Assembly: GCA_018812945.1 (NCBI GenBank)
Contig: JAHJCM010000007.1
Span: 11,539-75,538, forward strand
Reading direction: 5' to 3'
From: Gammaproteobacteria bacterium
GTDB taxonomy: Bacteria > Pseudomonadota > Gammaproteobacteria > Burkholderiales > Burkholderiaceae_B
Length of the DNA: 64,000 nucleotides
A program made the position numbers and the translations under genes. This document shows, in pieces, positions 1 to 10,381 of the stretch. Numbering within the stretch: the stretch's first letter is position 1; each line of letters starts with the position of its first letter. The notes under the pieces are model-generated. The model made no database searches. It was not told the DNA's origin and saw only the letters and a list, made by a program, of their open reading frames with translations.

Positions 1-1
1 G

Positions 2-160
2 AATACGGACAACCCAGAACACCAGTTAGCATTCAGTCACTTCGGAGGGCACCCTGTTTGTACAGTGGTACGTCGTGGTGCATTGATCGGGTGCCAGTTC
101 CACCCTGAGAAGAGCGGGCCAGTCGGTTTGAAAGTAATCTCGGCGTTTCTAACCCGTTGA
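2..160 (+). CDS. hisH: 3' end of glutamine amidotransferase, HisH-like (probably the polysaccharide-cluster paralogue); partial, not in ORF track
   Basis: Manual translation of frame 2 gives ...VVRRGALIGCQFHPEKSGPVGLKVISAFLTR*, with TGA at 158-160. QFHPEKS is the HisH/GATase-I catalytic His-Glu motif. Confidence 0.8.
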   Translation, partial: NTDNPEHQLAFSHFGGHPVCTVVRRGALIGCQFHPEKSGPVGLKVISAFLTR

Positions 161-230
161 ATGAACGACAGAACCAAATCGATTTAGCTTTCTCACCTAC
201 TAACTTGAAAAGTACCTGGCTTCCTTAGTT

Positions 231-1547
231 ATGGACATCATTCGGTATACCGACGACTTCTTTGCGATGGAAAAAGACCTAGGTCTTTTCGCCCAGCGCA
301 TTGATGGTACCCCGTGGTGGGATCCTGTTCGTCACGATGTTTTTTATTACATTTATCATCGTCTATCAGGTGCAAAAATTGTTCAAGCACCCAAAACATC
401 ACCGCTGCTTAGAGGATCGCGCCTAATAGTACGTCGTTTGTTGTCCTGGAAGCTCAGGCTCAAGCTAATGTTTGGACACTATGATGTTCTGGCACTGCGA
501 GCACCACGTCTTGCGATTAAAGGCAGCAAAGCGGACGTAATACTGGACGATATCTTGGCCTGTACGCCCGGCCGTTTGCTCGTCATCGATACTTATCCTC
601 ACTACTACCACATTAAGTTAAAGACAAGTGGCATCCGTCAACAATTATTGACGGATTTATGTAAGCTTAACCAAGCTGTCGAGGCCCGCTTTGGGCAATA
701 CCTCGATGTTGAATCGCTGGTGATACAGCGCTTTGGGCAGTATCGCGAAGCGCTTGCGCAGTATGGCCGCCTACTTGATAGTGTTGAACCGAAGCTCATC
801 GTGTTGGTCCAGAACGGAATTGAGAAAGCATTGTTTCATTCGGCGCATGATCGTAATATTCCTGTGATTGAGGCTCAACACGGGCTCATCAACTACGTTC
901 ATCCTGCATATTCCTATCCCAAAGAAATCTCCGCTGGGTCGCTTGCTACTTTGCCGACATTCTTCCTTGCGTTCTCACAGCACTGGGTGGATCAATGTCA
1001 TTACCCGGTTTCTCAAAAAGTGATAACCGGAAATAAACAGCTATTTGTTCCTACTGTTCGACACAAAACAAATGATATTTTGGTCGTTTCGGCAGATATC
1101 TATGAGAAGGCTATCGAGGACGAGCTACGTCCAGCTGCTATCGCTCTTTGGCAACGACGTTTTGTATACAAACTTCATCCGAACCAGTATATATACCGTT
1201 CCGAGATTAGCGATCGGCTATCTGATCTGCCTAATGTAGAAGTTGTTGCAAACGAGCAGACATTCAGGCAATTAATTCAACGATGTTCCCACGCCCTGTG
1301 TATTCAGTCTACCGGTGTTTACGAAGCACTGCAGGCCGGCTTATCAGTAAGCCTGCTAGCAAAGTTAGATTTTGAAACACATGCTGACGTTTTCGATCAT
1401 CCGAATTTACGGATAGTAAATGATCACGAAGAATTTATTCGCGTAGTGTCTAGCCCGAGTGAAAGCCAAGCCTCAGCGCCGCTGCCTGTTTTTTTCCAGG
1501 AATTCAATGCCGAGGAAACAAAGAACTTCATGGCGAATCTAATCTAA
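231..1547 (+). CDS. Putative GT-B glycosyltransferase, capsule/nonulosonate-transferase-like
   Basis: Soluble 438 aa with EAQHG, YKLHP and QSTGVYEAL motifs, as seen in sialyl/nonulosonate- and CDP-glycerol-transferase-like proteins of glycan clusters. Stop abuts the wzx start. Confidence 0.5.
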   Translation: MDIIRYTDDFFAMEKDLGLFAQRIDGTPWWDPVRHDVFYYIYHRLSGAKIVQAPKTSPLLRGSRLIVRRLLSWKLRLKLMFGHYDVLALRAPRLAIKGSKADVILDDILACTPGRLLVIDTYPHYYHIKLKTSGIRQQLLTDLCKLNQAVEARFGQYLDVESLVIQRFGQYREALAQYGRLLDSVEPKLIVLVQNGIEKALFHSAHDRNIPVIEAQHGLINYVHPAYSYPKEISAGSLATLPTFFLAFSQHWVDQCHYPVSQKVITGNKQLFVPTVRHKTNDILVVSADIYEKAIEDELRPAAIALWQRRFVYKLHPNQYIYRSEISDRLSDLPNVEVVANEQTFRQLIQRCSHALCIQSTGVYEALQAGLSVSLLAKLDFETHADVFDHPNLRIVNDHEEFIRVVSSPSESQASAPLPVFFQEFNAEETKNFMANLI

Positions 1548-2806
1548 TGAGCCTCGCTCGCAACCTATCCTGGTATACAGCAACCGCGCTACTGAATAGC
1601 GCGGTCCCGTTCATGCTCTTGCCAGTATTCACACACTACCTTGATCCATCTGACTATGGCTTAATGTCGGCCGTCATCGCATACGTAGCGGTACTTTCGC
1701 CCTTTATCGTACTTGGTTTACCGGCTCTGTTCTCGACGGATTTTCATCGTCTTGAACGCTCTGAGTTAAACCGGAAATCTACTGTTTGGCTAGTATTGCC
1801 ACTTGCAATAGGGGGAGCTCTTACCATTTCAGCATGGGCACTAAGTGATTATCTGGCAGAACCTCTTGCAATGCCCTCAGCCTGGGTTCCAGTCATACCG
1901 TGTCTAGCACTGCTTGGCTTTATCCCGCAATGGGCTAGTGTAATGTTCCAGATGGACAACCGGCCTAGGCATTTTGCTGCCTACCAAGCTGCACAAGGAC
2001 TGTCACTTATGGCGACAGCCATTTTATTTGTTGCCCTCCTGAATATGCATTGGGAGGGCCGACTGTGGTCAATGCTTATTGTTGGAGGCTTGGCTAGCAT
2101 TGCTGGATTTTTAGCGTTACGTCCGTTCATATCATTTTCAACGCCAAGAAAGGATGACGTAAACGAGGCTGTGAAGTTTGGAGCCGGCTTGCTACCACAT
2201 TCAGTCCTGAGTCAAATCATTCGTCAAAGTGATAGGCTGTTCATCCTCCATTTCATAGGATTAGCTGCAGCAGGCGAATATGCTGTTGGATGGCAGGTTG
2301 CCAGTATCATGCTGGTGTTGCTATCTACGTTCAACCAAGCTTGGACGCCCTATCTCTTTCAGAATTTAGCGAATGCTGATGAACTAAGTAAGTGCAAAAT
2401 AGTAAGGCTATCTTACGGTATAGCGCTCGGTTTTGTTGCCTTGTTTTTAGCCGTTAACTTGGCATCGCCGGTAATATTTTCGACACTAATTTCAAGCAAA
2501 TATCAAGAAGCACAGCGTTTTGTTCCTTATATCGCATTGGGCTACCTATTCTTGGGTTTTTACACATTGGTTACAGACTACATCTTTTATACAAAAAAAA
2601 CATACCTATTTTCGATATTAACTACGGCCAGCGCCGTAATTAATATCGCAATGAATTATGTGTTCATAGAGCGATTCGGAGCAGTTGGGGTTGCATATGC
2701 CTTCGCAATAAGCAGTGCTATTGTGACGATCGCTGCTTGGCTCTTGGCTCATAAAGTCTACCCGATGCCATGGATGAGCATTTTCACTCGAGTTCGGAGT
2801 GTCTAG
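1547..2806 (+). CDS. wzx: O-unit flippase (Wzx, MOP family)
   Basis: 419 aa with about 12 hydrophobic segments. N-terminal MLLPVFTHYLDPSDYG and the DRLFI...GLAAAGEYAVG motif. Confidence 0.85.
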   Translation: MSLARNLSWYTATALLNSAVPFMLLPVFTHYLDPSDYGLMSAVIAYVAVLSPFIVLGLPALFSTDFHRLERSELNRKSTVWLVLPLAIGGALTISAWALSDYLAEPLAMPSAWVPVIPCLALLGFIPQWASVMFQMDNRPRHFAAYQAAQGLSLMATAILFVALLNMHWEGRLWSMLIVGGLASIAGFLALRPFISFSTPRKDDVNEAVKFGAGLLPHSVLSQIIRQSDRLFILHFIGLAAAGEYAVGWQVASIMLVLLSTFNQAWTPYLFQNLANADELSKCKIVRLSYGIALGFVALFLAVNLASPVIFSTLISSKYQEAQRFVPYIALGYLFLGFYTLVTDYIFYTKKTYLFSILTTASAVINIAMNYVFIERFGAVGVAYAFAISSAIVTIAAWLLAHKVYPMPWMSIFTRVRSV

Positions 2807-2809
2807 TTC

Positions 2810-3481
2810 ATGCTGCGAAAATTAAGAAGTCTCTCGGAGCTTGATCCCTCACGCCGTAGGCAGTGGCTGAGCTTTTTATTGCAAAGACTTAAAACTGCGA
2901 TACTTTTTAAGCGTCGTTTGCGAGGCTGTGGACAACGCAGCATCATTGAAAATCCACTTTTCTGGACGCCGGAATGGATTACGCTCGGTAGCAGTTGCCA
3001 TGTATGGCCAGGTTGTCGAATCGAGGGTATTTCATGTTACGGAAAGCAGCATTTCAGTCCACATATTATTGTTGGTGACAACGTCGGTATACAACAGAAC
3101 TGTCACATTACAGCAGCATCAGTTCTTAAGATTGGAAATAACGTCAATGTATTGTGCGGATCCGTAATTACAGATATAGATCATGGTTATGGTGAGCTGA
3201 ACCAAAATTTCGCTGACCAACCCATAAAAGTCAATGAAACAACTATTGGAGATAACTGCTTTATAGGTGCGGGGGCAATAATACTAGCTGGCACTAAGCT
3301 TGGAGCTAATTGCATCGTAGGCGCGAATTCTGTCGTTCGCGGAAAATTTCCACCTGGAACAATGCTAGCAGGGATACCGGCCCGAATAATTAAGAGATAC
3401 GACGAAGCCTCGAAAAGTTGGATTCATATAGAGAATTACGGCGCCAGTAATATATCAACAGTAGTCAACCACAGCCAATGA
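2810..3481 (+). CDS. Hexapeptide-repeat (left-handed beta-helix) O-acetyltransferase
   Basis: IGDNCFIGAGAIILAGTKLGANCIVGANSVV hexapeptide repeats, and AGIPARII. Confidence 0.85.
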   Translation: MLRKLRSLSELDPSRRRQWLSFLLQRLKTAILFKRRLRGCGQRSIIENPLFWTPEWITLGSSCHVWPGCRIEGISCYGKQHFSPHIIVGDNVGIQQNCHITAASVLKIGNNVNVLCGSVITDIDHGYGELNQNFADQPIKVNETTIGDNCFIGAGAIILAGTKLGANCIVGANSVVRGKFPPGTMLAGIPARIIKRYDEASKSWIHIENYGASNISTVVNHSQ

Positions 3482-4407
3482 CCATAGAGATGATTTTTCA
3501 GAATTTTTTACAGTGGGCGCTGCCTATGAATAGCAATAGGCGCATGATTGGCCGCATGTTAAAGCAAGTTTCACAAATGCCGGCAACAGTAACCTCTAGA
3601 ATAAATTACGTAAACGTTGCAAATTTCCTACGATATCGTAATCGTGCATTCATCTGCCCAATCTGTAGCTGCCGTTCCACGCCTCTTTACGATTTCCCTG
3701 ACATTAAACTCCGGCGCGAGCATAAAATTGGAGTGTTGCGCGAAACACTTCAATGCCGTGAGTGCTTTGGATCATTACGTCAGCGAAGTCTGGCTATAGC
3801 GCTACTTGACTACTTGCACGACAAGACGGGAATTAGACATGATTCAATCGCAACACTCGCAGATGTCGGTTTAGGTGATCTTCGCTTACTGGATACCGAC
3901 AATTTTAGCGCAATAAGTAGCTTTCTGAAGAATGTCCCTGGTTATACTCGATGCAGTTATTTACCCGATAGGATTTGGGGATCAGAGATTGAGCCAGGTT
4001 ATTACAACATTAACCTTGAGCGGATAGATTTTGTAGATAGAAGTTTTGATATTGTACTCACTTCTGACGTGATGGAGCACGTACGGAATTCTGATGTCGC
4101 TCACACAGAAATAAATAGAATCCTGAAGTCCGGAGGTGCATATATTTTCAATGTGCCATATGACGAACACTCAGAGAGAGACATCTTGCTGGTTGATACT
4201 AGCACTAATGAAGACAGATACCTCTGTTCACCACAATACCATGGCGATCCTCTAACTGGTGGGATTATTGCGTATCGAGTATTCGGTCGAGATTTGATCG
4301 CCAGATTGTCAAGTGTCGGTTTCGAGGTTTCGTTTCACCGAATCGAGAAACCCGGCAACTTAGTCACAGATGGTGACGTGTTCGTTGCCATCAAGAGAGC
4401 AGCTTAA
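3478..4407 (+). CDS. Class I SAM-dependent methyltransferase with N-terminal zinc ribbon
   Basis: CPICSC...CRECF Cys pairs. FDIVLTSDVMEHV and LKSGGAYIFNVP methyltransferase motifs. Confidence 0.75.
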   Translation: MTIEMIFQNFLQWALPMNSNRRMIGRMLKQVSQMPATVTSRINYVNVANFLRYRNRAFICPICSCRSTPLYDFPDIKLRREHKIGVLRETLQCRECFGSLRQRSLAIALLDYLHDKTGIRHDSIATLADVGLGDLRLLDTDNFSAISSFLKNVPGYTRCSYLPDRIWGSEIEPGYYNINLERIDFVDRSFDIVLTSDVMEHVRNSDVAHTEINRILKSGGAYIFNVPYDEHSERDILLVDTSTNEDRYLCSPQYHGDPLTGGIIAYRVFGRDLIARLSSVGFEVSFHRIEKPGNLVTDGDVFVAIKRAA

Positions 4408-4409
4408 AT

Positions 4410-5531
4410 ATGAACATACTTATCACTGGTGGTGCCGGATTCATTGGTTCAAACCTAGCGAAGTCTTTGGTAGCGCGGGGACACTCCGTTACAGTTATGG
4501 ATAACCTCTCGCCGCAGATACATGGCGAGAATTCGCCTTTGCTGGCTGCTATTCGTGACCAAGTTCGCTTCTTGCATGGCGACGTACGTAACCGAGCTGA
4601 TTGGATCACAGCACTAGAAGGTCAGCATGTAGTGGTGCATTTGGCCGCAGAGACTGGGACTGGTCAGTCGATGTATGAAATTGAACGATATGTCGACGTT
4701 AATGTTAGAGGCACAGCAATACTCTTAGATTTACTTGCAAACCAAACTCACAACGTGAGCAGGCTTGTTGTGGCTTCTTCACGTTCGATTTATGGCGAAG
4801 GGCGTTACAACTGCTCTACCCATGGAATCGTTTACCCTCAAGCTCGTTTAGCATTGGATATGGAAAGAGGTGATTTCCATGTGAAATGTCCTTATTGCCA
4901 AACAAATGCTGAGCTGAGAGCTACGACGGAAGATAGTCAAATACATCCATCCTCGATCTACGGTATTACCAAGCAGAATCAAGAGCAGATGATCCTTACT
5001 GTCGGCGCTTCCCTCGGCATACCGGCTGTAGCCTTGCGTTACCAGAATGTATACGGCCCCGGCCAGTCACTGACAAATCCTTATACAGGCATTCTCTCGA
5101 TCTTCTCCACAAGAATTAAAAATGGCAATGAAATTGTAATTTTTGAAGATGGGCAAGAGAGTCGGGATTTCGTTTTTATCGACGACGTTATCGACGCCAC
5201 AGTAGCCAGCATAGAACTTTCAGACTCCGGACAGCACGCTGTGAATATCGGTTCGGGTGTTAGAACTAGCGTTCATGATGTTGCACTTTCTCTAGTATCT
5301 GCCTATCGTGCTGAAATCCCGGTTCGCATTTCTGGAAACTTCCGATTGGGTGATATCAGAGACAACTACGCTGATATTGCTAAAGCTCGTCAATTGTTAG
5401 GATTTAATCCGAAAATCGATTTCACTGCTGGTATACAAAAATTTGCAACCTGGGTTGAATCTCAAGGCATAAATGCGGATACGTATGATGCCAGTATTTC
5501 TGAAATGCGCTCTAAGGGGCTTTTTAAGTAA
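4410..5531 (+). CDS. NAD-dependent epimerase/dehydratase (WbiB-like, putative dTDP-L-rhamnose 4-epimerase)
   Basis: [14 protein letters not shown] (YxxxK) and LRYQNVYGPGQ. The Cys-containing insert after ASSRSIYGEG is typical of WbiB-like SDRs. Confidence 0.8.
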   Translation: MNILITGGAGFIGSNLAKSLVARGHSVTVMDNLSPQIHGENSPLLAAIRDQVRFLHGDVRNRADWITALEGQHVVVHLAAETGTGQSMYEIERYVDVNVRGTAILLDLLANQTHNVSRLVVASSRSIYGEGRYNCSTHGIVYPQARLALDMERGDFHVKCPYCQTNAELRATTEDSQIHPSSIYGITKQNQEQMILTVGASLGIPAVALRYQNVYGPGQSLTNPYTGILSIFSTRIKNGNEIVIFEDGQESRDFVFIDDVIDATVASIELSDSGQHAVNIGSGVRTSVHDVALSLVSAYRAEIPVRISGNFRLGDIRDNYADIAKARQLLGFNPKIDFTAGIQKFATWVESQGINADTYDASISEMRSKGLFK

Positions 5532-6604
5532 TGCAATCCGAATGCAAACCCTTAACAGGACGCAACGTCTTACTCATCGGCATCGGCTTTTACGACTACG
5601 AGCTCGCAATTGCCGATGAACTTCAACGGCAAGGTGCGACTGTATTTCTATACGACGAACTCCCATCTTACCTTCGTCGAGGTGCATTAGCATCTCTTTT
5701 GCGTCGTTTCAAAGTTGACGTAAGAGGTCAAGTTAGAATTCATCATGAGACGATTCTGAATGAAGTCTCGGGGCACCATATCGATCATCTACTGGTAATT
5801 AAGGGTGAACATATTACTCCCTGGTTCCTCGATTCATTAAGGGCTGCTCACCGAAAAGTGCAACTTATCTCATATCACTGGGATTCTTTGGCTAGATACC
5901 CGAGTTTAGTAGGTCTACAGTCATACTTCGATAAGGTCTACACCTTCGATGCCGAAGACGCCAAACGCTTTCCGGATTTTAAGTTACGCCCCTTGTTCTT
6001 TCGGCCTGAAATTGCTCAAAAGTTGAGTAACGCTGTAAACGAAATTTATGATTTAAGCTTTGTAGGATGGTTGCATCATGATCGCCTTCGTCAGGTCGAT
6101 GATATTCACCTTTGGGCTGATAAACATGGGCTGAGAACTCTTTTTTATCTTTACACGGGCTGGTTTTCTTCGACGCGACTTAGCCTTCAAGGCCGTGGGA
6201 AATTTGTAAAATCTCGTTCTATGGACTTCATAAAATACGTAAACCTTTTGCACAACTCGCGAGCTATTGTCGATTTGCCACATCCCGAACAAACTGGCTT
6301 AACAATGCGTGCCATCGAAGCAGTAGGTGCAGGTAAAAAGTTAATAACCACCTCTCGCACCATTGTCAATTATGATTTTTACCGAAAAGAAAATATTCTC
6401 ATTATTGACGGTGGGTATCCTCAGATTGATGATCATTTTTTAGATACACCTACCGTTGAATTGCCAGCAGAAACGATCGCAAGATACTCATTGCATGAGT
6501 GGGTCCGGCAGTTGTTCACTATTGACACCTCGAAAGAACAAGACCTGAAAAATTATTCGTGTGGCAACGAATTCATTATTAGCAGTAAAACTGTCTCCTA
6601 TTAA
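5531..6604 (+). CDS. Putative glycosyltransferase (GT-B-like; CgeB/RfaS-like)
   Basis: LSFVG and GLTMRAIEAVGAGKKLITT nucleotide-binding-like segment. Lies in the glycan operon. Confidence 0.6.
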   Translation: MQSECKPLTGRNVLLIGIGFYDYELAIADELQRQGATVFLYDELPSYLRRGALASLLRRFKVDVRGQVRIHHETILNEVSGHHIDHLLVIKGEHITPWFLDSLRAAHRKVQLISYHWDSLARYPSLVGLQSYFDKVYTFDAEDAKRFPDFKLRPLFFRPEIAQKLSNAVNEIYDLSFVGWLHHDRLRQVDDIHLWADKHGLRTLFYLYTGWFSSTRLSLQGRGKFVKSRSMDFIKYVNLLHNSRAIVDLPHPEQTGLTMRAIEAVGAGKKLITTSRTIVNYDFYRKENILIIDGGYPQIDDHFLDTPTVELPAETIARYSLHEWVRQLFTIDTSKEQDLKNYSCGNEFIISSKTVSY

Positions 6605-6605
6605 A

Positions 6606-7874
6606 ATGGCCCAGATCAACATTGGGGATAGATATAGAGTTGATTATTCAAGCCTAGGACTGCTTCATCGTAGCCGTGACATACTGCTACTTATGTTTTT
6701 CACTGACATCGTTTTCGGTGGTAGCTTGGGTTTTATTATTTCTGGTGTTTCGCTGAGAAAATTATTGACTCTGGCTTTAATTGGAATTTTTCTTGCATCT
6801 CTATTGATGAATCCGTTATTGAAGCGGTGGCAATTACTTTTGTTAGTTTCGTTGACATCGGTGACTTTAGTGTGGGGGGTGTTTATACCAACGCTACGAG
6901 GAATTGATCTTAACTATTCCATCGCGGAGTCGTCGCCATTGCTGGGATTGTTACTCGTTTTTCCGCTAGTGCAAGCATTTAATCAAAGAGGTGTAAGTCG
7001 TTACCTAGATTTTATTAACCTGTGCATGGCCATCGTATCTTTCATCATTATTGTAGTTTGGATTCTAGCCAATTATCTGGACTTACCCGAGTATGCTCTT
7101 GGCTTGAAGCTATTTTACATGATTGTAAGTGGAGACGATTTTGGTACATATATAGGACCAATGCCTGATGGTAGTTTTCGTGTAATGTGGATCACCTGCT
7201 TGCTATTGCCCTTCTTGCTCATGTACAAGAACATTCATTCGTTTAGTTTGGGCTGGAGTGTTTTTTATATCTTGACGATATATGCGACAGGTACGCGTTC
7301 ATTCCTTTATGCTGCATTGTTTGTTTTGTCTATTTTGTTATTTCGTCATCGAAGGATCCTATTCGCCTTACTGGCCCCCGTTGCGATCATTGTGATCCTG
7401 GTTGGTTCGCAACGGCTAGAAGGAATTCGTCTGTTCGAGGTGGCATCAGAGTTCGATTCTGATTCGGCCCGATTTGAGCAATTTTTTTCACTACTTAGGT
7501 TATTTTCTGACTATCCCTTCTTGGGGGCGGGGTTTGGAGCTCATGCAGACGTTCTCCGTTCAGATGTCGCACCATACAGTTATGAGCTTACATATGTTGC
7601 TCTACTTGCTAAGTTGGGAAGCCTTGGTTTTATTAGCTTAGTAATTCTTCTGTTTTTTTTAGTTTCCATAGCGCTGCATCGCTTTCGAGGCAAAAGTTTG
7701 GAAATTCTTGCTATTACTTTTTCTTTTCTTTTCGTTACTTCAACTAACCCCTACCTGATTAATTTTGTTGGGATAACTATCGTGTCAGTTTTGATTGCAA
7801 TAGTTTTCTATCAGGATAACTTAAGAAAAAAAATTCGACCTGTACCGTTAATGTCTGCAAAGGCGACAGCATGA
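6606..7874 (+). CDS. wzy: O-antigen polymerase (Wzy) candidate
   Basis: About 11 TM segments, a periplasmic loop with RFEQ and YPFLGAGFG, and AT-rich coding. ATG at 6606 preferred (1 nt after the upstream stop). Confidence 0.65.
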   Translation: MAQINIGDRYRVDYSSLGLLHRSRDILLLMFFTDIVFGGSLGFIISGVSLRKLLTLALIGIFLASLLMNPLLKRWQLLLLVSLTSVTLVWGVFIPTLRGIDLNYSIAESSPLLGLLLVFPLVQAFNQRGVSRYLDFINLCMAIVSFIIIVVWILANYLDLPEYALGLKLFYMIVSGDDFGTYIGPMPDGSFRVMWITCLLLPFLLMYKNIHSFSLGWSVFYILTIYATGTRSFLYAALFVLSILLFRHRRILFALLAPVAIIVILVGSQRLEGIRLFEVASEFDSDSARFEQFFSLLRLFSDYPFLGAGFGAHADVLRSDVAPYSYELTYVALLAKLGSLGFISLVILLFFLVSIALHRFRGKSLEILAITFSFLFVTSTNPYLINFVGITIVSVLIAIVFYQDNLRKKIRPVPLMSAKATA

Positions 7875-8755
7875 TTAAAGTGCTAGTACTCATGTCGACA
7901 TGGAATGGAGAGCGTTTTCTCAAAGCACAGTTGGATTCCATATTCGCACAGTCGTTCGATGGACAAATACACCTTCTTGTGAGGGACGATGGGTCCAATG
8001 ACAGAACGCTCAACCTACTTGACAGTTACCTTGGCACGGCCATTACTATTGTTCGCGGCAGAAACATCGGTGCTAAAGCAAGTTTTTTAGAGCTTATGCG
8101 CTTGGCTGTCGATTTTGATGCTGACTATTATGCATTGTCCGATCAAGATGATGTCTGGTGTCCCAACAAGATCGCTGTCGCTGTCAATTGCATAAAGCAC
8201 CTTAGCAGCCCAGCTCTTTATTGCAGTTCGGTCGAACTCGTCAATAAGGATCTGGGCCACCTGTCTAACTACATCCACCCAGGCGACCACTCTTTTGAGT
8301 CAACCTTGCTATCTAACTACGTAACTGGTTGCACAAGCGTATTCAACAGAATGTTGTTAAAAAAAATACGTTTTCCAGTAGATTCTAGTCACATCATAAT
8401 GCATGATTGGTGGCTTGGCTTGACAGCAGCTTCTTATGGTGATGTCTTTTACGACAGCATTTCACATATAAAGTATCGGCAACATGGCAACAATCATGTT
8501 GGTATGGTAATGGGTTTAAGGGGCTTAATTCGGCGCTTCAAATCATGCTTTTACCCTAAAAGGGTTGCTTCGCGTGTCACGCAAGCTAAATTGTTTGAGA
8601 ATACATATTGCGGTGATTTGTCTGATTTGACAAGAAGCGCACTAAGTAGTTTTATCAAATATTCTGGTACTGCATTTGGCAGACTAAAGTATGTTTACTT
8701 AATACGCTCTCATGTTGGCCTTGTTACTGCTGTTCGTTACGTCTTATTTTCCTAG
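7871..8755 (+). CDS. GT2 glycosyltransferase (rhamnosyltransferase-like)
   Basis: VLMSTWNGERFL, VRDDGSND, SDQDDVW and MHDWW motifs. Confidence 0.9.
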   Translation: MIKVLVLMSTWNGERFLKAQLDSIFAQSFDGQIHLLVRDDGSNDRTLNLLDSYLGTAITIVRGRNIGAKASFLELMRLAVDFDADYYALSDQDDVWCPNKIAVAVNCIKHLSSPALYCSSVELVNKDLGHLSNYIHPGDHSFESTLLSNYVTGCTSVFNRMLLKKIRFPVDSSHIIMHDWWLGLTAASYGDVFYDSISHIKYRQHGNNHVGMVMGLRGLIRRFKSCFYPKRVASRVTQAKLFENTYCGDLSDLTRSALSSFIKYSGTAFGRLKYVYLIRSHVGLVTAVRYVLFS

Positions 8756-8773
8756 TTTTAAGCAAACACTCTA

Positions 8774-9499
8774 GTGTCTAATGTTATTCGTGTCAGTATA
8801 GTTCTGGCAAGTTACAATGGTGAATTGTTCATCAAGTCGCAGTTGTTAAGTCTTCTCGACGTCTTGGACGATCATGATGAAATTATTGTGTCTGATGATG
8901 GTTCATCGGATCTTACTCGCGATATAGTTCTTTCAATTAAAGATACTCGCATTCGTCTGCTTCCTCCATCGACACGACTTGGGTATCAACAAAACTTTTC
9001 ACGTGCAATATCCGCTTCAAGAGGTCAATACGTATTTTTTTCTGATCAGGATGACATATGCTTGCCGGAGAGGGTCGCTATATCATTGCAAGCATTACAG
9101 ACGCATGGTTGTGTATTTGGTGATGCCATTGTCACTGACGATGCCTTAAACATTACATCTAAAAGTTACTTTGCTCACAGATGTGCTAAGTCTTTTAGTG
9201 CGTGGCGTTTATTCCTAAAGCCAGCTGCTATAGGTGCCACTATGGCATGCACAAGACAGTTTTTAAGTACTGCTTTGCCGTTTCCTCGCGGTGTACCGCA
9301 TGATCAGTGGCTTTCATTGCTAGCGGCCGCTCGCGGCGAATTGCAAGTAGTTCGAGCTCCATTAATTTTGTATCGGCGTCACCTCGGGGTTGCATCACTT
9401 ACCGGGTTGGCGAGAAAGAGATCTCTTTCATTGATCGCTCAAGAGCGCTCGCGGCTACTTTTTGCGCTTCTCTTGTGGATTTTCAAGCGTGCATTTTGA
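8774..9499 (+). CDS. GT2 glycosyltransferase
   Basis: LASYNGELFI, SDDGSSD, SDQDD and PHDQW motifs. Confidence 0.9.
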   Translation: MSNVIRVSIVLASYNGELFIKSQLLSLLDVLDDHDEIIVSDDGSSDLTRDIVLSIKDTRIRLLPPSTRLGYQQNFSRAISASRGQYVFFSDQDDICLPERVAISLQALQTHGCVFGDAIVTDDALNITSKSYFAHRCAKSFSAWRLFLKPAAIGATMACTRQFLSTALPFPRGVPHDQWLSLLAAARGELQVVRAPLILYRRHLGVASLTGLARKRSLSLIAQERSRLLFALLLWIFKRAF

Positions 9500-9633
9500 T
9501 AACTAACTATTAAATTAATTTTGACAAATGACCGTCTTGTCGTCTTTCTTTTTGTCTTATGCGTGCTAGAAGTTTTATGAGTTCTTCAAATTTTTATACC
9601 GCGCGTTAATCCATATAAGCGAGAACTTCTGTT

Positions 9634-10365
9634 TTGATTAATTCTAATCCAAAAATTAGTTTTTCAGTGGTAAGTCACGGCCAGGCGAATTTAATTCGTG
9701 ATTTGTTATCTGATTTGGCAGAATTGCCCTGTCATGATTTCGAAGTGATTGTCACTTTAAATCTTCCAGAAGATGAGTCTTTATATCTGGGATTTGACGT
9801 TCCTCTTAAAATAATAAGAAACGAATCTCCAAAGGGATTTGGGGGGAATCATAATGCGGCTTTTTTGGCATCGGAAGGCTTGTTCTTCAGTGTGGTGAAT
9901 CCAGATATACGTATTCAGTCACTGGACTTTCTCGAATTGCTATTACCATTTTCTGCAAAGAATGTCGCTGCTGTTGCTCCACTTGTTTATTCAGCATCGG
10001 GCACGACTGAAGATAGCGCGCGAAGATTCCCAACATTCTTTCGTCTTTTTAAGCGAGTCGTATTGCGACATCGTGAACCGGATTACACTCCAGGAAATGC
10101 ACCGCTGTCAGTTGATTGGGTTGCCGGTATGTTTGTTGTTTTTCGTAAGGATGTCTTTCGAAATCTCGGAGGCTTTGATGATCGGCGCTTTTTTATGTAC
10201 ATGGAAGATGTCGATATATGTCGGCGTATAAACAAAGCTGGATTCAATGTTTTATTGAACCCAAAAGTGAGCGTGGTTCACTTGGCACAGCGTGCCAGCC
10301 ACAGAAATTTAAAGTACATGAGATGGCACGTTGTCAGTGCTTTTCGCTATTTAACTGGTTTTTAA
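9634..10365 (+). CDS. GT2 glycosyltransferase (WbbL-like rhamnosyltransferase)
   Basis: [40 protein letters not shown] motifs. TTG start. Confidence 0.85.
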   Translation: MINSNPKISFSVVSHGQANLIRDLLSDLAELPCHDFEVIVTLNLPEDESLYLGFDVPLKIIRNESPKGFGGNHNAAFLASEGLFFSVVNPDIRIQSLDFLELLLPFSAKNVAAVAPLVYSASGTTEDSARRFPTFFRLFKRVVLRHREPDYTPGNAPLSVDWVAGMFVVFRKDVFRNLGGFDDRRFFMYMEDVDICRRINKAGFNVLLNPKVSVVHLAQRASHRNLKYMRWHVVSAFRYLTGF

Positions 10366-10381
10366 TTCATTGAGGTATGGA

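Noticed and set aside
9500-9633. Internal promoter in cluster A (perfect TTGACA at 9521-9526)
   Set aside because: No credible -10 element 16-18 bp downstream.
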